Assembly: GCA_910588125.1 (NCBI GenBank)
Contig: CAJUPI010000004.1
Location: forward strand, 34,591-98,590
Origin: an uncultured Lachnospiraceae bacterium
GTDB taxonomy: Bacteria > Bacillota > Clostridia > Lachnospirales > Lachnospiraceae
Length of the DNA: 64,000 nucleotides
Direction: 5' to 3'
Shown piece by piece: positions 28,536 through 37,646 of this stretch; the stretch's first letter is position 1, and each line of letters starts with the position of its first letter. The notes beneath the pieces are model-generated. The model saw only the letters and a program-made list of their open reading frames with translations. It did no database searches and was not told the DNA's origin. A program made the position numbers and the translations under genes.

Positions 28536-29548
28536 AAGGAACTCCCTTCTGTTGTTTGCTGGAGAAGCGCCTGGTTCCGGACTCGTTTTTGTATCTGTTT
28601 TTGAAAGTCTTCCGGCCCAAGGACCTTTATCACCGGCCCAAAGGAGAGCACCTGGATCAAAAGCTCGGTCTCCCAGCGCTTGTCGTAGTAGATGGTGCAG
28701 CGATAGGTATCTTTCTCTTTTAGCCGTTCTACCCTTTTCTGATAGCAGGAGAAGTGCAGAAGAGCCCGCTCCAGAGCATTCCGCTCGGTGGTAATTTCCA
28801 GCACAAGCGGCTTTTTACACAGAGCATGATCCAGGAAACAATCGACATCAATACCGGCAGGATAGTGTCTGCCGGTATTTTTGACAGACAGGATCCGGGC
28901 TACGTTTAATACATCGATCCGTTTTCTGCCGGTTTTGCCAAAGGTCATGGCATAGAGGCGAAATTTGCCGTCCCGCTGCCCGTATTCCAGACGGCATGGC
29001 AGCCACGTGTGTGAGAGAAGCTTTCCTTTTTGAGAAAGATAGGATATGGATAAAAAGCGTCGATCGCAGATGGCGTTTAAAAGGAGCCGGAAGTGCTGCT
29101 GGTACATGACTAAGGAGAACGGGTCAGGATCTCCGTATTGGTCAAAGAGGAAAAAATCTGATGTACAAAAAAGAGGTGTGACATCAGAGAGCATTTCCGT
29201 CAGCTCCGCCAGCTGGGAGTCCGTAAAAAACAGCCGGAACCGGGAGTCGGACATCAAAGCCTTCAGCCAGGATTGCTGCAGCCTGGTGAGAGGCTGAGGA
29301 AAGGGGGGATGCCTGAGAACCGTGACATAGGCAGCAGAGGTGTCATCTTGCCGGAAAAAGGGCCATGTTCCCTCGACGAGCCGGGGAACGATGGAAAGAA
29401 CACTTTCGTCATAGCCGTATTGACGGGCCAGCATTTCCATCTGGCGGCGGGTAAGAGGGTGGCGGGAGGCTTCATGAAGAATCCTGCCAACCACTTGGTA
29501 ATAACAGGTATACAGTTCGGAAAACAAAGAAAATTCAGGGCTGTTCAT
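28532..29548 (-). CDS. WYL-domain protein B (wHTH-WYL-type putative regulator)
   Basis: 338 aa from ATG 29548 (GGAG RBS); central SH3-like region KLLSHTWLPCRLEYGQRDGKFRLYAMTF; overlaps upstream WYL gene by 14 nt. Confidence 0.55.
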   Translation of the reverse strand: MNSPEFSLFSELYTCYYQVVGRILHEASRHPLTRRQMEMLARQYGYDESVLSIVPRLVEGTWPFFRQDDTSAAYVTVLRHPPFPQPLTRLQQSWLKALMSDSRFRLFFTDSQLAELTEMLSDVTPLFCTSDFFLFDQYGDPDPFSLVMYQQHFRLLLNAICDRRFLSISYLSQKGKLLSHTWLPCRLEYGQRDGKFRLYAMTFGKTGRKRIDVLNVARILSVKNTGRHYPAGIDVDCFLDHALCKKPLVLEITTERNALERALLHFSCYQKRVERLKEKDTYRCTIYYDKRWETELLIQVLSFGPVIKVLGPEDFQKQIQKRVRNQALLQQTTEGSSL

Positions 29549-30800
29549 GTTGAAAGACTTCTCCTGTAGTGAAATAATACTCCTGCATTTTTTGCATATC
29601 ATCCCAGAACCTTTTTTCTATGGCAGGATTGGAACAGCGGAAAGAACGGATTCTTCCGGTAAAGCTTTTAGCCCAGGGCAGGAGTTCTGCAGCGTCGGCG
29701 CAAAGCCGGGTATATTGATACAGACCAGGCTTTAGCTGTTTTAAAGAGTCGCCCCGCCCCTCCCGTTCTAAGCGGGTAAGAATGAAGGTTTCTTCCTCTT
29801 CATCGAGAATGATTTCCATGGTGACAGTTTCCGAGCCGGTTCCGGGAAAGCTGCCAAAGGATACTCCCCAGACGAGAGGGAGGATGCGCTGAAATAATTC
29901 TATGTGTTTGTCATAGAGTATGTCCGGTTGGAGCCGCTCGACGTTTTGGATGGAGTCAAGGCGGAAGGTGGCCAGGCGGCGGGAGTTTTCCTGCCAGGCG
30001 CAGAGGTATCTCCGGCCTGTCTGGGTGCTGGTGAGGATTTTTAAAGGGGTGACAGCCAGAGTGCTCATGTGGTGATTCTTGGTGCTTTTGACGGTAAGGC
30101 GAATTTGATATTTCTGTTCTATGGCATATAAAATAGGAAGAAGAATCTCATCCTCCAGGGTGTGAATCAGATAATCGCTGCGGAAGCGGAAGAAATCATT
30201 TTTTTTATGCCAGAAATCCAGAATAGTACTGCCAATGAAGCCAAACGGTGCAGCACCCTGGAAAAAGCTCACGGCGAGCCAGAGAGCCGGAAAAAGGTTG
30301 GGATGCGTATGAGGGAGGGGAGATATACCGCGATAAAGGTATTGCTTTCCCTCCTTTTTTCGGAGGATCAGCCCTTCTTTCTCATAAAAGGCCAGCTTCC
30401 GGCGGATGGTCTGGGAGTCAAACAGACAGTGGTAATATTCCTGAATTTCGTCGGTAATAGTTTCTAAACTGCGGGGCTGGCCGTCGGCGAGGAGGTCGGA
30501 CAGGAAAAAACGCAGGGAGATGTCATTGTTAGTGAAGGTGTGTGATTTCCAGGCCTGATACAGAGGGTTGACGGCCATGCGGCTGGAATCCAGGGTGAGG
30601 AAGACCGACTTTTTGTGACCGTTCTGGCCGGTGCGTATGTAGTCGGAGAACCAGCTTTCCATGCGGCGGCGGTGATTGTCATAGGTCCGGCCGCTTTTTT
30701 CTTGGAAATCGTCGCGGGTTTTGAAGCCGTAGATGTAGAAATCACGGACATAGGAGCGTATTTTATCAAATTGCCGGATGAGTTCGTTGTATTCGGACAT
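29535..30800 (-). CDS. WYL-domain protein A (N-terminal domain, winged HTH, WYL, C-terminal extension)
   Basis: 421 aa from ATG 30800 (AAGGAGG RBS); WYL hallmark RRYLCAWQENSRRLATFRLDSIQNVERL. Confidence 0.55.
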   Translation of the reverse strand: MSEYNELIRQFDKIRSYVRDFYIYGFKTRDDFQEKSGRTYDNHRRRMESWFSDYIRTGQNGHKKSVFLTLDSSRMAVNPLYQAWKSHTFTNNDISLRFFLSDLLADGQPRSLETITDEIQEYYHCLFDSQTIRRKLAFYEKEGLILRKKEGKQYLYRGISPLPHTHPNLFPALWLAVSFFQGAAPFGFIGSTILDFWHKKNDFFRFRSDYLIHTLEDEILLPILYAIEQKYQIRLTVKSTKNHHMSTLAVTPLKILTSTQTGRRYLCAWQENSRRLATFRLDSIQNVERLQPDILYDKHIELFQRILPLVWGVSFGSFPGTGSETVTMEIILDEEEETFILTRLEREGRGDSLKQLKPGLYQYTRLCADAAELLPWAKSFTGRIRSFRCSNPAIEKRFWDDMQKMQEYYFTTGEVFQHEQP

Positions 30801-31453
30801 GGATGGCTTCCTCCTTGATTTCAGTATACAAAAAAGCGGTTCTAAAAACAACATAAAACTTCGCAGTATTTTTGAAATGATCATTTTTTCCTCTTGTGGT
30901 AGGATAATGCTACCGAAAGGGTGATGGTTCCGGCTTACAGTTGTGGCATCCAGGCCAGACGGTACCGTTTGCGATGCAGTACGGTATGCCGCCGGAAGCG
31001 TGAAAGAGACGCTCAGTCAGGGACTGAGGCTTGTCAAAAGACTTGATTTACGCGGGTTCGAATCCCGCCGGTGAAAACCGTTGCTTAGTGGTAAAAGCGA
31101 TCAAACGACACCTGTCACGTGTCTCTTAAGAAGAGGAAGACATGGAATTCACCAGCATACCTGGATTTCCGAAGGAAATTACAGGAAAACGATGCGGCAG
31201 AGAGCCTGCCTGTGCCGCCAAAACCGTTAGAATCAGACAATGTCCCATGTCCGGGAAGAGGAAGCATAAAAATTTTACGTCAATCGTTATGTCCCGGCAT
31301 ACGGCGGACAGAAAATAAAATGCTTTTTACAGACAGGAAGCCGGATATTGTAATGATTTTGCCGGAGCGGATGGTCCGCAGAGCTTTCTGTGGTGGATTC
31401 CAGGTTGGAATCATCAATGAGCAAAGAACGAAAAGTCAGAAGGAGGGAAGAAT

Positions 31454-32548
31454 ATGAAAGTTCAGATCAATCAAAAACAATGTGGGTTTTTGTTAAAGAA
31501 CGGATGCTTTTTAAGGACGCTTGCCAGCGGAACTTATTATTATATGAAGGCTTTGGGCTATGAAGTGGCAGTTGAGGATATGGAGGGCGCCGTGATGTTT
31601 AACAAGGTGCCAAAGGAAATTTTGTTAAAGCAGGATCCGGCATTTGGTGAGAAGGTGCTCTCTGTCATGGTTCCGGAAGGCCATGTCGGGATCTTAAAGG
31701 AGAACGGAGTAGTGGCTCAGATTCTTCCGGAGGCGGAGTATCTGTACTGGAATGTGTGGAACCATTACAGCGTGGAGCTTTTGGATATGAGGGAGCCGGA
31801 GGCGGCAAATAAGGTTAATAAAGCTTATCTGGTGCGGATTCCTTTAAAATACTACAAAAAGATTGAGATACAGCCGGGAGAATTGGGAATCCTGTATTAT
31901 GATAACCAGGTGGTAAAAGAGTTAGGGACAGGGACCTACTATTACTGGGTGTATTCCAGGGATGTGTTGTGCAGGATTGTGGATTTGAAGGTAAAGCCGC
32001 TGGAGATTTCCGGGCAGGAGATCCTGACAGCAGATCGGATCGGGGTGCGGATCAATTTGATGTGTACATACAAGGTAGTGGAGCCAAGAACCATGATCGA
32101 GACGATCAAGAATCTGGAGAATCAGGTGTATGCCTGCGTACAGCTGGTGATCCGGGAGTATATCGGAAAATACCGCTTGGATGAGCTTTTGCAGCAGAAG
32201 GATGAGATCTCTCAGTTTATTTTCAAACGTCTGAAGGAGGTGGAGGGAGATTACTGCATCGAGTTTCGCAGCGCCGGGATCAAGGACATTATCCTGCCGG
32301 GAGAGATTCGGGATATCATGAATACGGTGCTGGTGGCAGAGAAGAAGGCCCAGGCCAATGTGATTACCAGGAGAGAGGAGGTGGCTTCCACCCGGTCGTT
32401 GCTCAATACGGCGAAGCTGATGGATGAGAACCAGACGCTGTATAAGCTTAAGGAGATGGAATGCCTGGAGAGGATCTGTGCCCAGGTCGGGAATATCCAG
32501 GTGGGGGGAGGTGCGCTGCTGGAGCAGCTGCAGGCGCTGGTGAGATGA
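31454..32548 (+). CDS. SPFH/band-7 (stomatin-prohibitin-flotillin-HflK/C) domain protein without predicted TM segment; duplicated N-terminal beta-rich module
   Basis: VPEGHVGIL motif, core ISGQEILTADRIGVRINLMCTYKVVEP ... RLDELLQQKDEISQFI ... GIKDIILPGEIRDIM, C-terminal coiled coil; GGAGGG RBS. Confidence 0.7.
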   Translation: MKVQINQKQCGFLLKNGCFLRTLASGTYYYMKALGYEVAVEDMEGAVMFNKVPKEILLKQDPAFGEKVLSVMVPEGHVGILKENGVVAQILPEAEYLYWNVWNHYSVELLDMREPEAANKVNKAYLVRIPLKYYKKIEIQPGELGILYYDNQVVKELGTGTYYYWVYSRDVLCRIVDLKVKPLEISGQEILTADRIGVRINLMCTYKVVEPRTMIETIKNLENQVYACVQLVIREYIGKYRLDELLQQKDEISQFIFKRLKEVEGDYCIEFRSAGIKDIILPGEIRDIMNTVLVAEKKAQANVITRREEVASTRSLLNTAKLMDENQTLYKLKEMECLERICAQVGNIQVGGGALLEQLQALVR

Positions 32549-32617
32549 CCGGCGGCTGCAGCTGACAAAGAGATTTTCAAAGATAATCTTTTAGAGGCTG
32601 CGGACAGACTGCCATAA

Positions 32618-32929
32618 TCATATATCCGTCAGTTTTTCAATCATCAAGAGAGCATAGGCTCTCTTTTTTTCGTCTAACAGACTCCAGAAATCAAGAAGTT
32701 GCACTTGCTGAAGGGTCAGATCCGGATAATTCTCTGATTCCGAAAAAAATTGTGCCAAAGAGATGCCGAGAGCGTCGCAAATACGCTGAATCGTTTCTAA
32801 GGATAGGGAGGACTGCTGACGTGCCATTTTAGAAAATGCAGACTGGGAAATTCCTGTAATCTGAGAAAGGCGGTATTTGCTTATATTGCGTTTTTTACAA
32901 AGTTCATCAATACGTTCCATAATATTCAT
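32618..32929 (-). CDS. XRE-family HTH transcriptional regulator, divergent from the tad operon
   Basis: HTH core LCKKRNISKYRLSQITGISQSAFSKMARQQSSLSLETIQRICDALGISL; start choice between ATG 32929 and upstream GTG is uncertain. Confidence 0.7.
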   Translation of the reverse strand: MNIMERIDELCKKRNISKYRLSQITGISQSAFSKMARQQSSLSLETIQRICDALGISLAQFFSESENYPDLTLQQVQLLDFWSLLDEKKRAYALLMIEKLTDI

Positions 32930-33107
32930 CTGATAATCAATCACTCCATTTCTGATGCAATATTTTCGGAAATTACAGGTTACAATAGTTTTATTGTAGA
33001 TGGAAAAGGAATATGATATTAGTTGTCAAATAAAGAAGTAAAATACTTTCTGCCATTATAGTTGGCAGAATGTAGTTTTATTATAAGGAAAGTTTTGGAA
33101 AGGTAGT

Positions 33108-33142
33108 TTCTAATTAGAAATTCATTTACTTTCTATTTAGAA
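33108..33142. promoter_or_regulatory. Two palindromic operator-like sites (TTCTAATTAGAA at 33108-33119 and TTCTATTTAGAA at 33131-33142) in the xre/tad divergent promoter region
   Basis: The first site is a perfect 12-bp palindrome and the second differs at one position; 23-bp centre-to-centre spacing; the second abuts the extended -10. Confidence 0.4.
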
Positions 33143-33144
33143 AG

Positions 33145-33153
33145 TGATATAAT
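33145..33153 (+). promoter_or_regulatory. Extended -10 promoter element (TGaTATAAT) for the tad operon
   Basis: TG at 33145-33146 and TATAAT at 33148-33153, about 35 nt upstream of the cpaE/tadZ start; weak -35 TTTACT 18 bp upstream. Confidence 0.4.
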
Positions 33154-33187
33154 TTTTAAAATGTTATGTTGGATTGGGGGAGGCGGT

Positions 33188-34291
33188 ATGATGAAAAAGA
33201 AGATGATACTTGCGGATTGTGATGAGCGGTACATGAAAGAGCTTGCGTATTTTTTTATGGAGAGGGTTCCCCAACTGGAATTGGTTACGTTTACCAAGAA
33301 GGAGAAAATGTATCAGTATCTGGAACAGGGGAATGCTGTTGATATTTTGGTGGTTGACGAAATGCTCGCTGGGGAACGGTTAAAAGGGCTTACGCCGGAT
33401 GTGACAAGGATTGCCATGTCCGTGAGCATGTCTGGAATCGATGGGTTTGAAGTGATAAAGAAGTATCAGAAGATGGAAAATTTGTCAGATGCTATTTTGC
33501 TCAAATATGCAGAAGAAAAAGGTACATTGGAAACGGTTAAGGGAGATAATGACACGAAGATTGCTGCTTTTTTTAATCCGGCGGGAGGAACCGGCAAGAC
33601 GGCTTTGGCTTTGGCGCTGGCGACGGCAGGTGCCAGGGCAGGAATGCGTGTGCTGTATCTGAATCTGGAGGAAATTGATTCCACAGACGATGTTTTAGGT
33701 AAAACGGAGGGGACTCTTTCGGATGTATTTCTTGCTTTAAAAACAAAGGGCATGAATGCAGGAATTAAATTGAAAGCGAGTGCTGGTATGGAGGAAACGG
33801 CCGGATTTTATTATGTATCCGGGGTGGAAAGTATCTCTGAGTATGAAGAAATCACTGGCAAAGATTTGCAGAAGCTGCTTCGGGCGACGGCAGAGCTGGC
33901 TATTTATGATCTTGTGATTGTGGATCAGGCTTCTGGTTTTACAGAAAGGACCAAGGTGATATTAAAGGAGGCGGATACCATATTGGTGCCGGTTATTTTG
34001 GAAGAAGACAATATGGCGAAGTGGCAGCGGCTTTTGGGAGAAAGCAGGCTGCATGATTCTTATGACGGGCTTTTTCAAAAAATGAAAATGATTTTAAATA
34101 AAGCAGGGGCAGCAGGATGGGGGAACGAACCGTTTTTTAATGAGCTTTGCAGCAGAATGCCTTGTTGCGCCAGCATTCCGCTCACTGCTGTTTTAGCCAA
34201 AAGAAGCAGTATTCTGCATGCCGGGGATGCAACTTGGCAATTCATGAGGCCAATACTTCAGGTGGTGACAGGAAGGGAAATCAATGATTGA
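33188..34291 (+). CDS. tadZ: Tad pilus assembly protein TadZ/CpaE-like (N-terminal receiver-like domain plus ParA/MinD-type ATPase domain with deviant Walker A)
   Basis: GGGGGAGG RBS; FFNPAGGTGKTALALALA P-loop; synteny directly upstream of cpaF. Confidence 0.7.
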   Translation: MMKKKMILADCDERYMKELAYFFMERVPQLELVTFTKKEKMYQYLEQGNAVDILVVDEMLAGERLKGLTPDVTRIAMSVSMSGIDGFEVIKKYQKMENLSDAILLKYAEEKGTLETVKGDNDTKIAAFFNPAGGTGKTALALALATAGARAGMRVLYLNLEEIDSTDDVLGKTEGTLSDVFLALKTKGMNAGIKLKASAGMEETAGFYYVSGVESISEYEEITGKDLQKLLRATAELAIYDLVIVDQASGFTERTKVILKEADTILVPVILEEDNMAKWQRLLGESRLHDSYDGLFQKMKMILNKAGAAGWGNEPFFNELCSRMPCCASIPLTAVLAKRSSILHAGDATWQFMRPILQVVTGREIND

Positions 34292-35519
34292 AAATATGCA
34301 GGAGTACATAAAAAAGATTCGGGAAATGGTATCGGATCGCCTGGATCTGACAAGGAATGTGGAAGATGACGAGATCCGGGAAGTAATTGCCAACATTGTC
34401 ATGGAAGAATCCCGAAGGCAGTATCTGTCTCTCACAGAAAAGAGAGAAGTGATGGAAGGCGTTTTTAATTCCATGAGAGGGCTGGATGTGCTGCAGCCAC
34501 TGGTTGATGATCCGACTATCACGGAAATTATGATCAATGGGCCTCACCATGTATTTGTCGAGCAGGCGGGACGCCTGTATCAGAAGCATGTCAGTTTTGA
34601 AACCAATGAGAAGCTGGAAAATGTAATTTTAAATATTGTATCAAAAGTCAACCGGACAGTCAATGAGGCAAATCCGATTGTGGATGCCCGCCTTTTGGAT
34701 GGGTCACGGGTAAACGTGGTGCTCCCCCCGATTGCCCTGGACGGCCCGACGGTGACGATCCGGAAGTTTCCGGAGGATCCGATGACAGTCAAGAAGCTGA
34801 TCGCCTATGGCTCGATTACCCCGGAGGTGGCAGAGCTGCTGGAACGTATGGTAAAGGCAAAATACAATATTTTTATCAGTGGCGGAACCGGGTCCGGCAA
34901 GACGACTTTTTTAAATGCGATATCCAATTTTATACCGAGAGACGAACGGGTGATTACGATTGAGGACTCGGCAGAGCTTCAGATCAAGGGTGTGGACAAT
35001 TTAGTGCGCCTGGAGACGAGAAATGCCAATATGGAGGGCAAGGGAGAGGTGACGATCCGGGATTTGATTCGCTCTTCTCTGCGTATGAGGCCGGAACGGA
35101 TCGTGGTGGGCGAGGTGCGAGGTGCGGAGGCGCTGGATATGCTACAGGCGATGAATACCGGACATGACGGATCTTTGTCTACCGGGCATGCCAATTCAAC
35201 CAAGGATATGCTGAGCCGGTTAGAGACGATGGTGGTGTCCGGAAACAATATTCCGATTGAGGCGATCCGGCAGCAGATTGCTTCGGCAATTGATATCATT
35301 ATCCAGTTGTCCAGACTGCGGGATAAGTCTCGCCGGACGATTGAGATTACCGAGATGGTGGGATACGAGGACGGTAAGTTCCAGATGAATCCTCTTTATC
35401 GATTTGTGGAGAGAGGGGAGGATGAGAACGGGAGAGTAATCGGACAACTGACCCGGACGGAGCATGCTATGGTACATACAGAGAAATTTCGGAATGCCGG
35501 CTTGCCGGATCAGGTGTAG
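34284..35519 (+). CDS. cpaF: Tad pilus secretion ATPase CpaF/TadA (VirB11/GspE superfamily)
   Basis: Walker A ISGGTGSGKTTFLNA, Walker B / Asp box and His box (LDMLQAMNTGHDGSLSTGHANS). Confidence 0.9.
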   Translation: MIENMQEYIKKIREMVSDRLDLTRNVEDDEIREVIANIVMEESRRQYLSLTEKREVMEGVFNSMRGLDVLQPLVDDPTITEIMINGPHHVFVEQAGRLYQKHVSFETNEKLENVILNIVSKVNRTVNEANPIVDARLLDGSRVNVVLPPIALDGPTVTIRKFPEDPMTVKKLIAYGSITPEVAELLERMVKAKYNIFISGGTGSGKTTFLNAISNFIPRDERVITIEDSAELQIKGVDNLVRLETRNANMEGKGEVTIRDLIRSSLRMRPERIVVGEVRGAEALDMLQAMNTGHDGSLSTGHANSTKDMLSRLETMVVSGNNIPIEAIRQQIASAIDIIIQLSRLRDKSRRTIEITEMVGYEDGKFQMNPLYRFVERGEDENGRVIGQLTRTEHAMVHTEKFRNAGLPDQV

Positions 35520-35572
35520 GCAGGTATGGCGCGCTGATGGCATGTGAACGGTGAAAAGCAGGAGGGGAAGCT

Positions 35573-36367
35573 ATGTTGGGAAAAAAGCGGGAAAAGCTGA
35601 AGATGACAGAACGGGAGGACGGACTGACCGATTATGACGTCTATGTGATGGGAAAACAGGAAAAAATACTGAACCTTCTTCTGGCGGCCGCCGTGTTGTT
35701 TGCGGTGGGGTATGTGTTTTATCACAGTAAGATATTGTCTTCGATTTTAATGCTGTTTGCCCTCAAATGGCCGGCGGTTCGTACCAGGCAGATCATAGAA
35801 AAACGGAAAAATCAGCTGACTTTGCAATTTAAGGATATGCTCTATTCCCTGGCGTCGGCGTTATCGGTGGGTAAGTCGGTAGAATCCGGAATCCGGGACG
35901 CCCTTGAGGATTTGCGGGTGATCTATCCGGATCCGCAGACTGACATTTTGGTGGAAATGGAGTACATTCTGCGCGGGATCGGGATGAACAATACGATCGA
36001 GAACATGTTCGGCCAGTTTGCAGAGCGTGCGCATCTGGAGGATATTGACAACTTTGTGGATATTTTTGTGACCTGTAAGCGTACCGGCGGCGATTTGATG
36101 GAGGTTATGCGGTCGACATCCAATACTATTGGCGAAAAGATAGAGGTCAAACAGGAGATCGAGACTACCATATCCGGGAAAAAATATGAATTTAATTTTA
36201 TGATGGTCCTTCCGGTTGTCATGGTGCTGTTTTTGACGGTTACCTCCGGAGAGTACATGGAACCGGTTTTTACGGAGATTGTGGGCCGGATAGCAATGAC
36301 TGTTGCCATTGTCATTTTTGGAGTGGCATATCTGGTGGGATCGAAGATTATGAAGATTCATGTGTGA
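35573..36367 (+). CDS. tadB: Tad pilus inner-membrane platform protein TadB (T2SSF/GspF-like domain)
   Basis: 264 aa; AGGAGG RBS; TM helix, cytoplasmic T2SSF domain, C-terminal TM helices. Confidence 0.8.
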   Translation: MLGKKREKLKMTEREDGLTDYDVYVMGKQEKILNLLLAAAVLFAVGYVFYHSKILSSILMLFALKWPAVRTRQIIEKRKNQLTLQFKDMLYSLASALSVGKSVESGIRDALEDLRVIYPDPQTDILVEMEYILRGIGMNNTIENMFGQFAERAHLEDIDNFVDIFVTCKRTGGDLMEVMRSTSNTIGEKIEVKQEIETTISGKKYEFNFMMVLPVVMVLFLTVTSGEYMEPVFTEIVGRIAMTVAIVIFGVAYLVGSKIMKIHV

Positions 36368-36416
36368 CAGAAGAATGGATTCGATGATATAAGAGGTTCC
36401 ATTAAGGAAGAAAAGG

Positions 36417-37352
36417 ATGGGGATAAGTATGGCGGCAATGATTCTTTCGTCTGTGGTCTGTGCAGGCTGCGTACTTGCTTTTATCGTGTTTTATATCAAA
36501 TCGAAAGGGCAGTATGACGAATATATTGAGTATTTGGACAAAGAAGAGTATGGGCTGAAGGATTTTATTCCGCTTGGCCTGGCCATGGGGGAAGTGAAGA
36601 TATTTCAGAAAGTGCTTCCTCTGTCGTTACGCTCGGCACTGGCCCGGCACAAAAACCAGGTCTATCAGAAAATACTGGAAATCCGGGGGCCGAAGAATGC
36701 GGAATTCTATCAGTTCATCCACCAGGGATACCGGCTGACCGTCGCATTGATAGCGGCAGTGGGAGCTTCTGTGGTCGGCATGATTCAGGTGTTCCAGGGA
36801 AGCTCTGACGGGATTCTATTTACCGGGGCGGCAGTCGCGGCGTGGATAGGAGCGCCATTTTTAGTGGATACCAGCCTGAAGGGGGAGATCGAGAAGCGGC
36901 GGCTTGCCATTCAGATGGAGTTTCCGGAGTTTGTAAATAAGCTGACTTTACTGGTTAACGCCGGCATGACAATATCAAAGGCATGGGAAAAAATCATTAA
37001 CGAAAACAAAAGGGAACATATTTTGTATGATGAGATGCGGTATGCCCTGGCGGAAATTAAGGCCGGAAGGCCGGAAGCGATTGCTTATGAGGAGTTTGCC
37101 AGACGATGCCATGTGAAAGAGGTGACCAAGTTTGTATCGGTCATTGTGATGAATCTGAAGCGCGGCGGTTCCGAGGTGGTTCCGGTTTTAAGAGAGCAGG
37201 GACAGGAATGCTGGGAGATGAGAAAAAATGCGGCAAAAGCCATGGGGGAACAGGCCAGCACCAAGATTCTGATTCCGATGATGATCATGTTTCTGGGGAT
37301 TGTGCTGATCGTGGCGACGCCGGCAGTCTTAAGTATGACATCGGGAATGTAG
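36417..37352 (+). CDS. tadC: Tad pilus inner-membrane platform protein TadC (T2SSF-like domain)
   Basis: 311 aa; same architecture as the preceding gene, characteristic TadB/TadC pairing. Confidence 0.8.
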   Translation: MGISMAAMILSSVVCAGCVLAFIVFYIKSKGQYDEYIEYLDKEEYGLKDFIPLGLAMGEVKIFQKVLPLSLRSALARHKNQVYQKILEIRGPKNAEFYQFIHQGYRLTVALIAAVGASVVGMIQVFQGSSDGILFTGAAVAAWIGAPFLVDTSLKGEIEKRRLAIQMEFPEFVNKLTLLVNAGMTISKAWEKIINENKREHILYDEMRYALAEIKAGRPEAIAYEEFARRCHVKEVTKFVSVIVMNLKRGGSEVVPVLREQGQECWEMRKNAAKAMGEQASTKILIPMMIMFLGIVLIVATPAVLSMTSGM

Positions 37353-37439
37353 TGCTGGTAAAAATACCGGTTTGCCGGTACTTTTATATAAGTAGGTTTC
37401 AAAAGAAGTTTCAAAACAACAAAAAGGGAGGTGGAAAAG

Positions 37440-37625
37440 ATGGATATGTTAAAGCAGTTTTATGAGGAAGAGGATGGCATGGGAACGGTTGAGCTTGTCA
37501 TGATTATTGCGGCGCTGATGTGCATTGCCCTGCTGTTTCGAGAGCAGATTTTTAAATTTGCCGAGGGCATTATGAAAAATGTGTTCAAAACGGATTATGT
37601 AAAGGATCCTGGTGCCGGGGGCTGA
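37440..37625 (+). CDS. flp: Flp-family type IVb/c prepilin
   Basis: 61 aa; GGGAGGTGG RBS; Flp processing-site-like GMGTVELV followed by hydrophobic helix MIIAALMCIALLF. Confidence 0.7.
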   Translation: MDMLKQFYEEEDGMGTVELVMIIAALMCIALLFREQIFKFAEGIMKNVFKTDYVKDPGAGG

Positions 37626-37646
37626 TTCCTGAGAGCAGAGAGGCAT

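Noticed and set aside
31052-31123. Possible intact tRNA gene (T-arm GCGGGTTCGAATCCCGC, D-arm-like GCTTAGTGGTAAAAGC, anticodon-loop-like hairpin GACAC-CTGTCAC-GTGTC)
   Set aside because: The elements are in the wrong order (T-arm precedes D-arm) and wrongly spaced for a cloverleaf on either strand. No acceptor stem can be paired. Kept only as a tRNA-like remnant or structured-RNA candidate in the findings.
31119-31457. 112-aa ORF upstream of the SPFH gene (GTG start, ends in an ATGA overlap with the SPFH start)
   Set aside because: It has no RBS and a GTG start, overlaps the tRNA-like structured region, and has arginine/proline-rich low-information composition with no domain. It is more likely an untranslated leader, though a coupled leader peptide cannot be excluded.
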